A DNA stretch of 64,000 bases from a virus, in the IMG/VR virus record IMGVR_UViG_3300034073_000569, positions 32,001 to 96,000 of that record; one strand, given 5' to 3'. Of the stretch, positions 29,164-37,842 are shown in pieces. Positions within the stretch are counted from its first letter, which is position 1; each line of letters starts with the position of its first letter. The notes beneath the pieces are model-generated. The model was not told where the DNA came from. It made no database searches and saw only the letters and a list, made by a program, of their open reading frames with translations. A program made the position numbers and the translations under genes.

Positions 29164-29676
29164 TTATTGGTCATATGCAAGGTTTTGTCCGCCTCTAACT
29201 TGTGATTGTTGTTCTTCCATTAAATCTCTGTACACACCTTTAAAGCTTTGTCTAACAGAGTCAAATCTTTCTGCAATTCTAAGAATAGCTGTAGCAGATC
29301 CATCTCTACCAGAGGTTACCTTTTCTGTGGCCATAAAACCTGCCATATTATCTAGGGCAATCTTTATACCTTGGTATGCTCTATATGTAGGAGTCTCATA
29401 CATTTTCTTACACATTCTTAATGCATTCACTACAAGATCATCTTCTGTAGAAAAGTCTCCATCCACCTCACCAAGAATTATTTCTTCTTTGTCCGTTTCT
29501 GGTACATCAAAGAAAGGATTTAAATCTGGGTTAGGACAAGTCATGTAGAATAGATATGAATAAACCTTTGTAGATTCATCACCATATTCTTCCATAATGT
29601 CTTTTAAAAATTTCAATGTGTAACAGTGTTCACTAGGAACCACTTTACCATTAGCTATATCAAATAGTCTTACCAT
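29164..29676 (-). CDS. Conserved hypothetical protein (possible terminase small subunit)
   Basis: 170 aa helical protein upstream of phoH and terL; C-terminal VRGG. Confidence 0.45.
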   Translation of the reverse strand: MVRLFDIANGKVVPSEHCYTLKFLKDIMEEYGDESTKVYSYLFYMTCPNPDLNPFFDVPETDKEEIILGEVDGDFSTEDDLVVNALRMCKKMYETPTYRAYQGIKIALDNMAGFMATEKVTSGRDGSATAILRIAERFDSVRQSFKGVYRDLMEEQQSQVRGGQNLAYDQ

Positions 29677-29824
29677 TATTTTTCATTTTACGTCTGTTCT
29701 TTTTCTTCTTAATACTCCATTTATTAGTATTAAGATCTCTAACTAACTCATCCCACCTATTTCTTTGTTTTAAGCTGTATATTCTCAACATTTCTACAAG
29801 CTTATCACTTATTTGTTCTTTCAT
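29660..29824 (-). CDS. Small basic protein (54 aa, not in ORF track)
   Basis: MKEQISDKLVEMLRIYSLKQRNRWDELVRD...; ATGA overlap with the upstream stop. Confidence 0.55.
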   Translation of the reverse strand: MKEQISDKLVEMLRIYSLKQRNRWDELVRDLNTNKWSIKKKKNRRKMKNNGKTI

Positions 29825-30336
29825 GACCAATGTTTATTTTCTCTTTCAAAATAAAATGTGAGATCTTCTTCATCATCATTGTAATACTTTCCAACTACAT
29901 CACTCTTAAATCTACTACCTATATTCTCATACAAAGAACTAGTAATCACTTCTCCTGTCACTTTATTTCTAAATAACTTAGTAAGCCATGTATAAGTGCC
30001 TCCACGAATAACACCTGCTTCTACTAAAAGATAATACTTATATTCTGTATCAGAGAACTTAAACCATGAGTCTATGTCACTATCCGCTTTTCTAACATAC
30101 TTGTGTACTTCTTCATCTGGATAAGCTACATGTATAGGAAGAATATCACACATCTCCCCATCCTTACTTAGATTGTGAGCTATATGCATTGCCACTGTAG
30201 CAGAATAGTCAGGACTCACCATAACCACTAATGTATTAGCTGGAGAAATATCTGGATAGGTTTCTAATATCTTTTGAGAAAGATTATAAATCATATCTTT
30301 CTCTTGAATTCTAGAAATAAAAAGCGGTTCTCTCAT
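29821..30336 (-). CDS. Phosphoribosyltransferase-like protein
   Basis: YLLVEAGVIRGGT resembles the type I PRTase PRPP-binding loop. Confidence 0.55.
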   Translation of the reverse strand: MREPLFISRIQEKDMIYNLSQKILETYPDISPANTLVVMVSPDYSATVAMHIAHNLSKDGEMCDILPIHVAYPDEEVHKYVRKADSDIDSWFKFSDTEYKYYLLVEAGVIRGGTYTWLTKLFRNKVTGEVITSSLYENIGSRFKSDVVGKYYNDDEEDLTFYFERENKHWS

Positions 30337-31175
30337 TAGTGTTTAGCTTTAAGGTTATCTCGGTTGTCTTCTAACCAATGCAATATACTGATAACTTCTG
30401 ACTTTAAGTATGGAAGATCATATTGAATAATATCTTTTACTATAGGATCACCATTTGTATCAAGAGCAGTGATTGGATTACCGAACTTATCTTTACCCAC
30501 TTCTTCAAATAATATATGATGTATAGTCAGCACACCTGGCTTTAATTTTGGATTGTGCTTAAGAATGATATACATATATAAGCTAAGCTGTAAAGCATAG
30601 TGGTTTACATTGCAATCATCTAGATGAGCCACTGGTGAGTTCATCTTAGTAGTCACACCTTCCCAGTTAGTAAAGCCTTCTGTCTTGATTTCTTTGTTAG
30701 TCTTGTAATCTGTAATATGCACTTCTCCATTAATTACTTCTACTAAGTCAGACTGACCACATAGTCCTGCAGATTTTAAGTAAACCATGTGCTCAGGATA
30801 TACACCATCTGTGAGCTTCTGATTTGGAGAAAATTTAGTACCGTCAATCTCAATCGGTTTAAAAATAGGCACAGTGTTACCATGTCTTTCTATTGTCTCT
30901 AATGAACATATATCTGATTCTCTGCAGTTGTGGTACCACGTACCAAGTGTTGTAGCACGTAGAGCTTCATTAGCCCATGCTTGTTTGATTTCTTCTGGCG
31001 TCATGCCATACCATTTTGACTTCTTAGACTTAGATGTTTTTAAAGCAATCTTATCTGCGTCAAATGGTTGTTTGAAGTTACTTATAAAGGATGTAACTGA
31101 TATCCATTTAATATCCTCTTCAGGATTAATACTTTTGTAACTGTGGTCTTGTGGGGTGAATCTCAAAATGCTCAT
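30336..31175 (-). CDS. PD-(D/E)XK exonuclease
   Basis: GTWYH, GQSDLV, ITDYKT, YALQLSLY motifs. Confidence 0.8.
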   Translation of the reverse strand: MSILRFTPQDHSYKSINPEEDIKWISVTSFISNFKQPFDADKIALKTSKSKKSKWYGMTPEEIKQAWANEALRATTLGTWYHNCRESDICSLETIERHGNTVPIFKPIEIDGTKFSPNQKLTDGVYPEHMVYLKSAGLCGQSDLVEVINGEVHITDYKTNKEIKTEGFTNWEGVTTKMNSPVAHLDDCNVNHYALQLSLYMYIILKHNPKLKPGVLTIHHILFEEVGKDKFGNPITALDTNGDPIVKDIIQYDLPYLKSEVISILHWLEDNRDNLKAKH

Positions 31176-31186
31176 ATGTTTATTGT

Positions 31187-31516
31187 TTATATTCCTAACT
31201 TCTGATTAATCATGTCCTCCTCTTCCTGACTCACTTCAGCTTGCCAATGTCCCTTTGGACATTCTGAAGATAAAGATCTAGTCTTAAATCCTAAGCTACA
31301 TCCACAACCTCCTAACTCTTGATTACAACATGGTGTAGTACCAGCTACCATACATCCCTCATTATGCACTGTATAAAGTGCACAATCTTTACAAATCTGC
31401 ATTCTGTATAGTGCAATTTCTTCTACGTCATCTCTTTTAAAGATAGAATTAGTCACTCCCTCCAGGATCTGACCCTTTGCTTTCCATATCTTGATTATGT
31501 TCTCTTTTAGACTCAT
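31187..31516 (-). CDS. Cys-rich Zn-binding protein
   Basis: CKDC...CC...CGC...CPKGHW. Confidence 0.65.
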   Translation of the reverse strand: MSLKENIIKIWKAKGQILEGVTNSIFKRDDVEEIALYRMQICKDCALYTVHNEGCMVAGTTPCCNQELGGCGCSLGFKTRSLSSECPKGHWQAEVSQEEEDMINQKLGI

Positions 31517-31880
31517 CACTTTTATTTTTATGAAGCTTAATAAAATCTTTTCTTTGTTTCTCTTCATCCATTAAAACCTTGATGGCTTTTAAATCAAAGA
31601 GAGTTTCATCTGTTCTAAATCTAGTGACAATTTCTTGTAAGCCTCTTTGTCTAAAGTTCTCTTTAAAGTTTTCTAGCTTATCTATTTTGTCATCTAGTTT
31701 CCAATGTTTGATTGTAAAATCTCCTAAGTTAGTAACATGTATTCTACTATGTTTCAAACTTGACAAACTCTTTCTTATTTCTTGCCAATAAAAGGATGTC
31801 ACATCTGACACCATTTGTTGTGACAAGTTTAGCTCTTCTGCTACAATAGGGATTAGATCTTTAGACTTTCTAGGCTTCAA
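31449..31880 (-). CDS. IHF/HU-like DNA-binding protein
   Basis: KDLIPIVAEELNLS...IHVTNLGDFTIK HU-like pattern. Confidence 0.6.
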   Translation of the reverse strand: MKPRKSKDLIPIVAEELNLSQQMVSDVTSFYWQEIRKSLSSLKHSRIHVTNLGDFTIKHWKLDDKIDKLENFKENFRQRGLQEIVTRFRTDETLFDLKAIKVLMDEEKQRKDFIKLHKNKSDESKREHNQDMESKGSDPGGSD

Positions 31881-32232
31881 CGCTTAAAAATTTATAGTCT
31901 AACAAAATATTTCCATTAGCGTGTAACTTAAGATCAGGATTAATAAAGATCTTCTTCTTATTCTTTCCTTCCTTTTTAATAAGTCCTTTCTTCTCTGCCT
32001 TTGTCAAACAGTTACGTACAGACTGTGTGCTAGAGAATATCTTCTTGTCGTATGCTTTGTTACAGAAATGCGTAAGTTCTTGGTCTCCCTCAATTGCCAG
32101 GAATGTAAGACAGTTTAAATCTGCTTCACTCACTGGAATATCAAAGAGATAGCAATGTGTGAGTATCTGATATTTGACAATCTGCCAAGTGGTCATCCTC
32201 ACTCTTTTATCCACCTGATTAACTAGTGCCAT
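31870..32232 (-). CDS. Winged-helix protein
   Basis: SVRNCLTKAEKKGLI...IFINP. Confidence 0.6.
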   Translation of the reverse strand: MALVNQVDKRVRMTTWQIVKYQILTHCYLFDIPVSEADLNCLTFLAIEGDQELTHFCNKAYDKKIFSSTQSVRNCLTKAEKKGLIKKEGKNKKKIFINPDLKLHANGNILLDYKFLSVEA

Positions 32233-32663
32233 TATAATGTTATTTTAAAACTCATGTAATCTTCTTTTGTCTTGTTCCAATCCTTATGTAAAAGAACTGA
32301 CTCTGCTCCTAGGTTTTTGAATATGTGCCAGCTAGCTCCATCACGAGCTTCTCCTGTAATATATTCGTAACCCATTTCCTGTGCCCAATCCATAAGAGAA
32401 TGGATCATTTCATATCCTAATCCTTTTCCCCTATGGCTTGGTAGTACAGTGAAACTATCTATGTGTAGTACATTGGCACTTTGCCATGATACAATAATCT
32501 CTCCAAATAATACTGACTTCTCGTAGAACCACATGCCTTGACAGGTCTCATGTTCTACTAACATATATAACTTGTACTTATTATCCCATCTAAGCTCCTT
32601 TGGATGTTCACGTTCAAACTGATATGATAGTGAATAATCCTTTAGCTTATATACTACGTTCAT
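32232..32663 (-). CDS. GNAT acetyltransferase
   Basis: VLPSHRGKGLG acetyl-CoA-binding motif A. Confidence 0.85.
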   Translation of the reverse strand: MNVVYKLKDYSLSYQFEREHPKELRWDNKYKLYMLVEHETCQGMWFYEKSVLFGEIIVSWQSANVLHIDSFTVLPSHRGKGLGYEMIHSLMDWAQEMGYEYITGEARDGASWHIFKNLGAESVLLHKDWNKTKEDYMSFKITL

Positions 32664-32672
32664 ATAATAGGT

Positions 32673-33020
32673 TTATTTCTTTAAGGATCTTTGCTTCTCT
32701 ACAGCTGGAGAATTAGGGATGATCACTTCATCCCCCACTTTAATACCCTCTTCAGCAAGTTCTGGATTATTGTCCATATCTTCCTGTGTAATAGTGTGAG
32801 GAGTGCCTTCTGGCTTTCCGCCTTGCTGTGTCATTTGTGCAATGAAAGCTAAAGCCTTAAGTTCCTTTGCTCTAGAGGTAGCAAGTCCTGTGTTCAACTG
32901 TTGCAACTGTAACTGTACAGTTTTTACCTCAATCTGCTCTTGGATAAAAGCAATAATTTCTTCTTTTGACGGAACATTCTTTACATCCTGCTCCTCTTGT
33001 AATACGTTTTCTTCTGACAT
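32673..33020 (-). CDS. Hypothetical protein
   Basis: 115 aa; HTITQEDMDNNPEL...GIKVGD. Confidence 0.6.
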   Translation of the reverse strand: MSEENVLQEEQDVKNVPSKEEIIAFIQEQIEVKTVQLQLQQLNTGLATSRAKELKALAFIAQMTQQGGKPEGTPHTITQEDMDNNPELAEEGIKVGDEVIIPNSPAVEKQRSLKK

Positions 33021-33038
33021 GTTGGTTTATTTTATTGG

Positions 33039-33341
33039 TTAAAAATTTAAATCGTCACCACCAGCTTGCTCTTCTGTAGAAGACGGTGCTGCATGATGCT
33101 GAACAAATAAGTTCTGAAATTTGTGGTAAGGGGTATCTATAATGTATGTATCCCCGTGCTCCGTAAAAATGGTGGTGCAATTGTATGTGAGAGAATCCTC
33201 ATCTAGGGATGTAAGCTTACAGGCCACAACGACATCTAAATGAAAAGCAAACGCCATCCACTGTCCTTGGTCCTCTATGCCCATAAGTTCTGCCTTCTCT
33301 ATATCTAATGTGTGGCAGTGAATGTTACAGACGTGTATCAT
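33039..33341 (-). CDS. Hypothetical protein, first gene of the late strand
   Basis: 100 aa with an AC-rich leader. Confidence 0.6.
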   Translation of the reverse strand: MIHVCNIHCHTLDIEKAELMGIEDQGQWMAFAFHLDVVVACKLTSLDEDSLTYNCTTIFTEHGDTYIIDTPYHKFQNLFVQHHAAPSSTEEQAGGDDLNF

Positions 33342-33358
33342 TTTTTTGTTTGGTTTAT

Positions 33359-33372
33359 ATTATAATATACTT
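33359..33372 (-). promoter_or_regulatory. Putative late promoter (GTATATTATAAT)
   Basis: Identical core at 60704-60715. Confidence 0.55.
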
Positions 33373-33590
33373 AATAAGTTTAAACTTAACAAATTTAATA
33401 ATAGATTCCAAACTTACCATAATAATTTTTACACACTTATTAACAGCCCCCCACCTCTTAACCTATATATAGACCCCCCTCCTATTCATAAGGTTTGTGA
33501 TAGAGGTTGTGAGGACCCGCCCAACCAAGCTACCCCACCATAAGTTTGGCGGGGGAATACCCCCTCGTTTAACAAGTTAAACTTAAACTT

Positions 33591-33878
33591 ATGGCAGCAA
33601 CATCATTGCATCTGCTTGCAAAGCAAGCTCTCGGTCAACTAGACACGTTGACCTTCAACATTTCGTCTGTGGAAGCTAAAGCATCCAAGACTGGAAATGT
33701 AGGCTTCCGCGTGACCACCGACCAAGGTCGTGTAGTCACTTTCTGGTCATCTTCGATGGACCAGGTCGTGGAAGCCACAGATGACGCTGGAAACTTCCAG
33801 GTCATCCCCGGCACCCGCCTTGCGGATGACGGTGGCTTGATCCCAAAGGATGCAAGCCAAGGTGGATTCTGGTCATAA
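33591..33878 (+). CDS. Hypothetical protein, first early gene
   Basis: 95 aa; visibly higher GC than its neighbours; followed by a terminator. Confidence 0.7.
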   Translation: MAATSLHLLAKQALGQLDTLTFNISSVEAKASKTGNVGFRVTTDQGRVVTFWSSSMDQVVEATDDAGNFQVIPGTRLADDGGLIPKDASQGGFWS

Positions 33879-33890
33879 CCAGAACCACCA

Positions 33891-33913
33891 AAGGGGGATT
33901 ATATCCCCTTTTT
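33891..33913 (+). terminator. Intrinsic terminator
   Basis: GGGGAT-TAT-ATCCCC plus T-tract. Confidence 0.75.
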
Positions 33914-34032
33914 TCCGTAACCTCACGGAACCACTTAGTACTGTATGCTGATGTTAACCTGATGTAGGTTTTCCGTTGGGATAGAGTACTAAGTTTTACT
34001 ACATCTATCTATTCATCCTCAACTTATTTCTT

Positions 34033-34185
34033 ATGATCAGATCTAAGACACTCTTGTTTAATACCTGGAACTTGTTTACATACTGGTATTCATACATGAA
34101 ACTAAGCTTTGATACTCTCAAGCTTAGACTAGTTAGACTAGCACCTGGATATACATCCAAAGTTTTAGTAGTTATTACGTATTAA
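34033..34185 (+). CDS. Possible small protein (50 aa)
   Basis: MIRSKTLLFNTWNLFTYWYSY...; overlaps several hairpins. Confidence 0.3.
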   Translation: MIRSKTLLFNTWNLFTYWYSYMKLSFDTLKLRLVRLAPGYTSKVLVVITY

Positions 34186-34262
34186 CGTGTGACTCTGTGA
34201 GTGGTAGGAAAGCCCTCCACACTTCTTTCATCCTTTAAAATATGCTTCTTAACCCACATTTT

Positions 34263-34284
34263 GGTGCGGATAAGATAGCTATAA
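34263..34284. promoter_or_regulatory. Recurrent 22-bp motif (copy 2)
   Basis: GGTGCGGATAAGATAGCTATAA, 19/22 identical to copy 1. Confidence 0.55.
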
Positions 34285-34417
34285 GTCAAACAACACATGC
34301 TTTCCCTTATACCCTTGGGATGTAAGACTACAAGAGCCTTGGTCGGCACAGCTCCTAGACATGAGTGTAAACTGTCTTGTTTTATCTATCCATCATCCAT
34401 TAAATACATACAGTATT

Positions 34418-34696
34418 ATGAAGTTATTATCCTACATCTTCCTTATCATAGGATCTATCCTTATGATATACACTTTTTACATAATGTTCTATCCGGCTGG
34501 TCACACAGACAAGCAGTTCATTATGTCCCTGTTCTCTGGTATAGCTACCACTTTTCTTGGTTTCACACTTGAGACACATAGTACAAATGCTTACACACGC
34601 TTCCAGCGTGACGATAAACGTAAGAAATTACGTAGTTCCTACACTGTACTCATCCTGTCCAGTTTTCTGGTCTTAATCAGCCTTATTTGGCTTTAG
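34418..34696 (+). CDS. Membrane protein (3 TM)
   Basis: 92 aa with three hydrophobic segments. Confidence 0.6.
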   Translation: MKLLSYIFLIIGSILMIYTFYIMFYPAGHTDKQFIMSLFSGIATTFLGFTLETHSTNAYTRFQRDDKRKKLRSSYTVLILSSFLVLISLIWL

Positions 34697-34710
34697 TTAA
34701 AAAGTTTAAG

Positions 34711-34792
34711 TGAGCTCATATTTGACCCCATTAACATAGATACTATATAGTATACTAACTACTATGTTATGGAGGGGTCATATTTGACCTCA
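34711..34792. repeat. Paired palindromic sites / long inverted repeat
   Basis: TCATATTTGACC at 34716 and 34778; the arms also pair with each other; central ATACTATATAGTAT palindrome. Confidence 0.7.
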
Positions 34793-34886
34793 TTAAAAGT
34801 ATTATAGTTCCCCCAACGATAGGAGTTTATCTGTTCTACTTCACTGAACAGAGGCTTTATGGTGAAGCTTAAACCATTATTTATAT

Positions 34887-34992
34887 AGTCAGGTGGCGGA
34901 ATGGTATACGCAGGGCATTACAACCACCAAGAGATAATATCAAAGGTGTCCTATTCAAGAGTTGTTTACAGGTTCGAATCCTGTCCTGACTG
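34887..34992 (+). tRNA. tRNA-like gene with an expanded anticodon loop (identity undetermined)
   Basis: Acceptor AGTCAGG/CCTGACT; D-arm GCG-GAATGGTATA-CGC; T-arm ACAGG-TTCGAAT-CCTGT; ~27-nt loop in the anticodon arm. Confidence 0.75.
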
Positions 34993-35085
34993 CTACAAAC
35001 GAATGTATGGATGGTTAGCCCTGGAGATAACGTCAAAGGGGATTACCACCAATTTCTTATTTATTAACCCTTTACATACTAAATC

Positions 35086-35400
35086 ATGAAAGAAAAAGTA
35101 ACTACATTTTTCAAAAACAACTATCACTCAATAGTAATGGGTGTTATGATTGGAATCTATGCACTTGAAGTGTATAGCAAAAGAGATTCTAAAGAAGTAT
35201 TAGATCTCATCACTGATAGAGTCATCACAATCATCTGGATATTTAACTGGTGGGTTGTTATCCAGTTCAATAAGATCAATCAGAAGTATTCTGATGAAAT
35301 TACTGAGCTATGGCGTAATGAATGTCAAAGACTATATGCTGTTATAGAAGAATACCACCGCATAGTACGGAAGTCTAAGGACAATACAACTAATATTTAA
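35086..35400 (+). CDS. Membrane protein (2 TM)
   Basis: 104 aa. Confidence 0.6.
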   Translation: MKEKVTTFFKNNYHSIVMGVMIGIYALEVYSKRDSKEVLDLITDRVITIIWIFNWWVVIQFNKINQKYSDEITELWRNECQRLYAVIEEYHRIVRKSKDNTTNI

Positions 35401-35417
35401 TCATTAAATAAATACAA

Positions 35418-35912
35418 ATGAAAGTATTTACTCTAACTGCTCACGGGCAGAGTCACAAAGTGACCGTGCATCTGCACAACTATTACCAGAATAACCGCTT
35501 AGCTATACAGCTTAACTCATTTGAGGACAAAGCTCCATATGCTGTGGTTACGGTGAATAAACCTGATGTCTTATTAGCAGACAACGAAGTGCTAGTTAAA
35601 GACTATTCAGAGAACGAAGGCATGCTTGACTTCCTTGTAAAGAATAACATCGTGACACCAACACCTAATGGCGTACAGTCAGGTTTTGTGTGGCTACCAA
35701 TAGCTATAGTTAACGATGAATCTGTATGGGGTGAAGTTCCTAATCCTTATAGTTTAGCTGATGAGCCTGAGTATGATAATAACCTTGACCCAGCTCCAGA
35801 TGAAATCAATACCACTACAGGTAAATCCATGTGGATCATCAAAGACTATCGTATATGGGCTGACTCATATAAGCAAGCATTAGAACTCCTATCTTTAATA
35901 GAGCAAGCATGA
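35418..35912 (+). CDS. DUF4313-like protein
   Basis: YxxNNRLAIQL...PYAVVTVN...KDYSENEG pattern. Confidence 0.55.
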   Translation: MKVFTLTAHGQSHKVTVHLHNYYQNNRLAIQLNSFEDKAPYAVVTVNKPDVLLADNEVLVKDYSENEGMLDFLVKNNIVTPTPNGVQSGFVWLPIAIVNDESVWGEVPNPYSLADEPEYDNNLDPAPDEINTTTGKSMWIIKDYRIWADSYKQALELLSLIEQA

Positions 35913-36145
35913 TAAAGTTTGAAGAAACAAAGTCTAACTACAGATTACCTGCTGGTTTTCTGTTTGCTGCATGTATCATCATGATGGCATTAATTAGTCT
36001 GATTAGAAATAGTCAGCCTGTATTTGATTACCCCGAAGAGTTTAATGTACATACTATATCTAAGGATAGAGCAAACCCAACAGAAATGATGGTAGTTTAT
36101 GATACCCTTAACAACAAGTATATATTTGAATTCATGGATAAATAA
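35909..36145 (+). CDS. Small membrane-anchored protein
   Basis: 78 aa, one TM segment. Confidence 0.55.
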   Translation: MIKFEETKSNYRLPAGFLFAACIIMMALISLIRNSQPVFDYPEEFNVHTISKDRANPTEMMVVYDTLNNKYIFEFMDK

Positions 36146-36151
36146 TTTTAT

Positions 36152-36373
36152 ATGTTAAAGATTATATCTCAATTATTAGGAACTAAGGGACCAGAGGGTC
36201 CTTTAGTTTCCAACTACATTCCTTATACAAAATACCCAATAACACCAGAGTTTGAAGAATGGTGTAAAACATACAATGTGTCTTGCCTAGCTGATAAGCA
36301 ATCAACTAGAGTAGAGATAGTAATGGGTAATACTATAAAGATAGTAGATCTACAATCAATTTGTCATTCATAA
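36152..36373 (+). CDS. Hypothetical protein
   Basis: 73 aa. Confidence 0.5.
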   Translation: MLKIISQLLGTKGPEGPLVSNYIPYTKYPITPEFEEWCKTYNVSCLADKQSTRVEIVMGNTIKIVDLQSICHS

Positions 36374-36384
36374 ATCCAATCCAC

Positions 36385-36795
36385 ATGTCACAGAAAAAAA
36401 TGACACCCACAATTGCTAAAGCATTAGCAGAACAAGTTCGTGATGAACTTAGAAAAACAGCTACAAGTTATGCTGAAACTACAAAGCATAAAATTAAAAC
36501 TTCTAAAGAGTTTAAACAACTTGAGAAGCTGATGGTACAGAAAGCTGATATATCTAACAAGATGGATGAGATCAAACACAGTCTTGAAGAGAAGTTTTCT
36601 AGTAAGTTAGCAGATGTATCTATTTATACATACAGTGCACGTGATACTAGCATTACTATCAGAGAAACAGCTTCCGTTTCTGTAGAAGGAATCAAGAATA
36701 TGATTCTTTTAGAAGATTATCTATCTGATACTCCTGAAAATACAGAAGACTTAGTCAAGCGTATAGCTGATAAAATCATGAACAGTAAACATTAA
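36385..36795 (+). CDS. Hypothetical protein
   Basis: ATG at 36385 with an AC-rich leader; helical. Confidence 0.6.
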   Translation: MSQKKMTPTIAKALAEQVRDELRKTATSYAETTKHKIKTSKEFKQLEKLMVQKADISNKMDEIKHSLEEKFSSKLADVSIYTYSARDTSITIRETASVSVEGIKNMILLEDYLSDTPENTEDLVKRIADKIMNSKH

Positions 36796-36798
36796 TAA

Positions 36799-37389
36799 AT
36801 GGCATCTGCTACTAAAACAGACTATTCTTTGTCTGTAAACAAGCGTGCAGTACAGAATGCTATATTTAATTTATACAAAAGATATAAGTTTGACAAGGTG
36901 GTTGGTTTAGCTGGTCCTAACATAACGGACTATTTGGAATTAATGAAGCAAAACGGATTCAAGTCTGCAGAGATATATGAAAATGATATCTCTCAGCTTG
37001 CTATCCAGATGAACAGCTTTAGACCCGTAATAGAGTCTAAGATACAGTTCGGTGACATTATTCAAGCTAAGCCTAATCAACCATACACCTTGTATGACTT
37101 AGACTTTTGCTGTAGCATTAACACTGCTAATCAACACATTCAGAAGTTTTCTGATGATGTTGCAATAACTACTCTTTCAATTAGACCAGTGGGCTTTATG
37201 CACACTATTCTAAAGTATGCAGAACTTATAGATAGAAAGAGCAATCCAATTATTGAATTTCTAGGTAGTGTAAACAACAACCTAGGAAAATATAGAATGT
37301 ATTCTTTGACTGCAGGTAGTAAAAAATATATATGCTATCTGTACAAAGACTCTGTTCCAATGGTTACAATCCAATCAATTATTAATTAA
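36799..37389 (+). CDS. Possible degenerate SAM-dependent methyltransferase-fold protein
   Basis: VVGLAGP...IYEND...FGDI...LYDLDFC strand pattern. Confidence 0.4.
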   Translation: MASATKTDYSLSVNKRAVQNAIFNLYKRYKFDKVVGLAGPNITDYLELMKQNGFKSAEIYENDISQLAIQMNSFRPVIESKIQFGDIIQAKPNQPYTLYDLDFCCSINTANQHIQKFSDDVAITTLSIRPVGFMHTILKYAELIDRKSNPIIEFLGSVNNNLGKYRMYSLTAGSKKYICYLYKDSVPMVTIQSIIN

Positions 37390-37405
37390 AACAAAAATCC
37401 AGAAC

Positions 37406-37789
37406 ATGGAAAATTTAAACAACCCATCAATTAGTAAAAAACCATTTATGTTTACTAAAGAAGAAAAAGCAATCTTAAAACCTTATGTAATAGGTGAGAA
37501 AGAGATTAACAAACAAGTTTGTGATGAATTAAGTGTACAAATCGGTAGATCATTTAAGAACATCTATCAGTACATCTATCGTAACAAAAAAGCTGTTGGT
37601 AAATCTAAAAAAGTAAAAGCTAACTCTGTTAAAGTTAAAGCAGATAAAACAGTTACACGTGATAAATCTGTAAATAATAACACACCTATGTTTAAACAAG
37701 GAGAGTTTATTATTCCTGTAAGTTCATGGGAAGTACGTAATAATAATGGTACAACAAGCTTAGTTTTAAAGTTTGATAAATCAATTTAG
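37406..37789 (+). CDS. Hypothetical basic protein (possible HTH)
   Basis: 127 aa. Confidence 0.55.
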   Translation: MENLNNPSISKKPFMFTKEEKAILKPYVIGEKEINKQVCDELSVQIGRSFKNIYQYIYRNKKAVGKSKKVKANSVKVKADKTVTRDKSVNNNTPMFKQGEFIIPVSSWEVRNNNGTTSLVLKFDKSI

Positions 37790-37801
37790 TTTAACTACAA
37801 G

Positions 37802-37827
37802 AGGGAAGCTGTAATGGCTTCCCTTTT
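37802..37827 (+). terminator. Intrinsic terminator
   Basis: AGGGAAGC-TGTAATG-GCTTCCCT plus T-tract. Confidence 0.75.
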
Positions 37828-37842
37828 ATAATATCAGTAACC

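Noticed and set aside
34263-34291. dif-like XerCD site (GGTGCGGATAA resembles the XerC arm)
   Set aside because: The XerD arm TTATGTTAAAT is not matched, and the motif recurs three times next to promoters, which fits an operator better
34901-35089. 62-aa ORF
   Set aside because: It starts inside the tRNA-like gene
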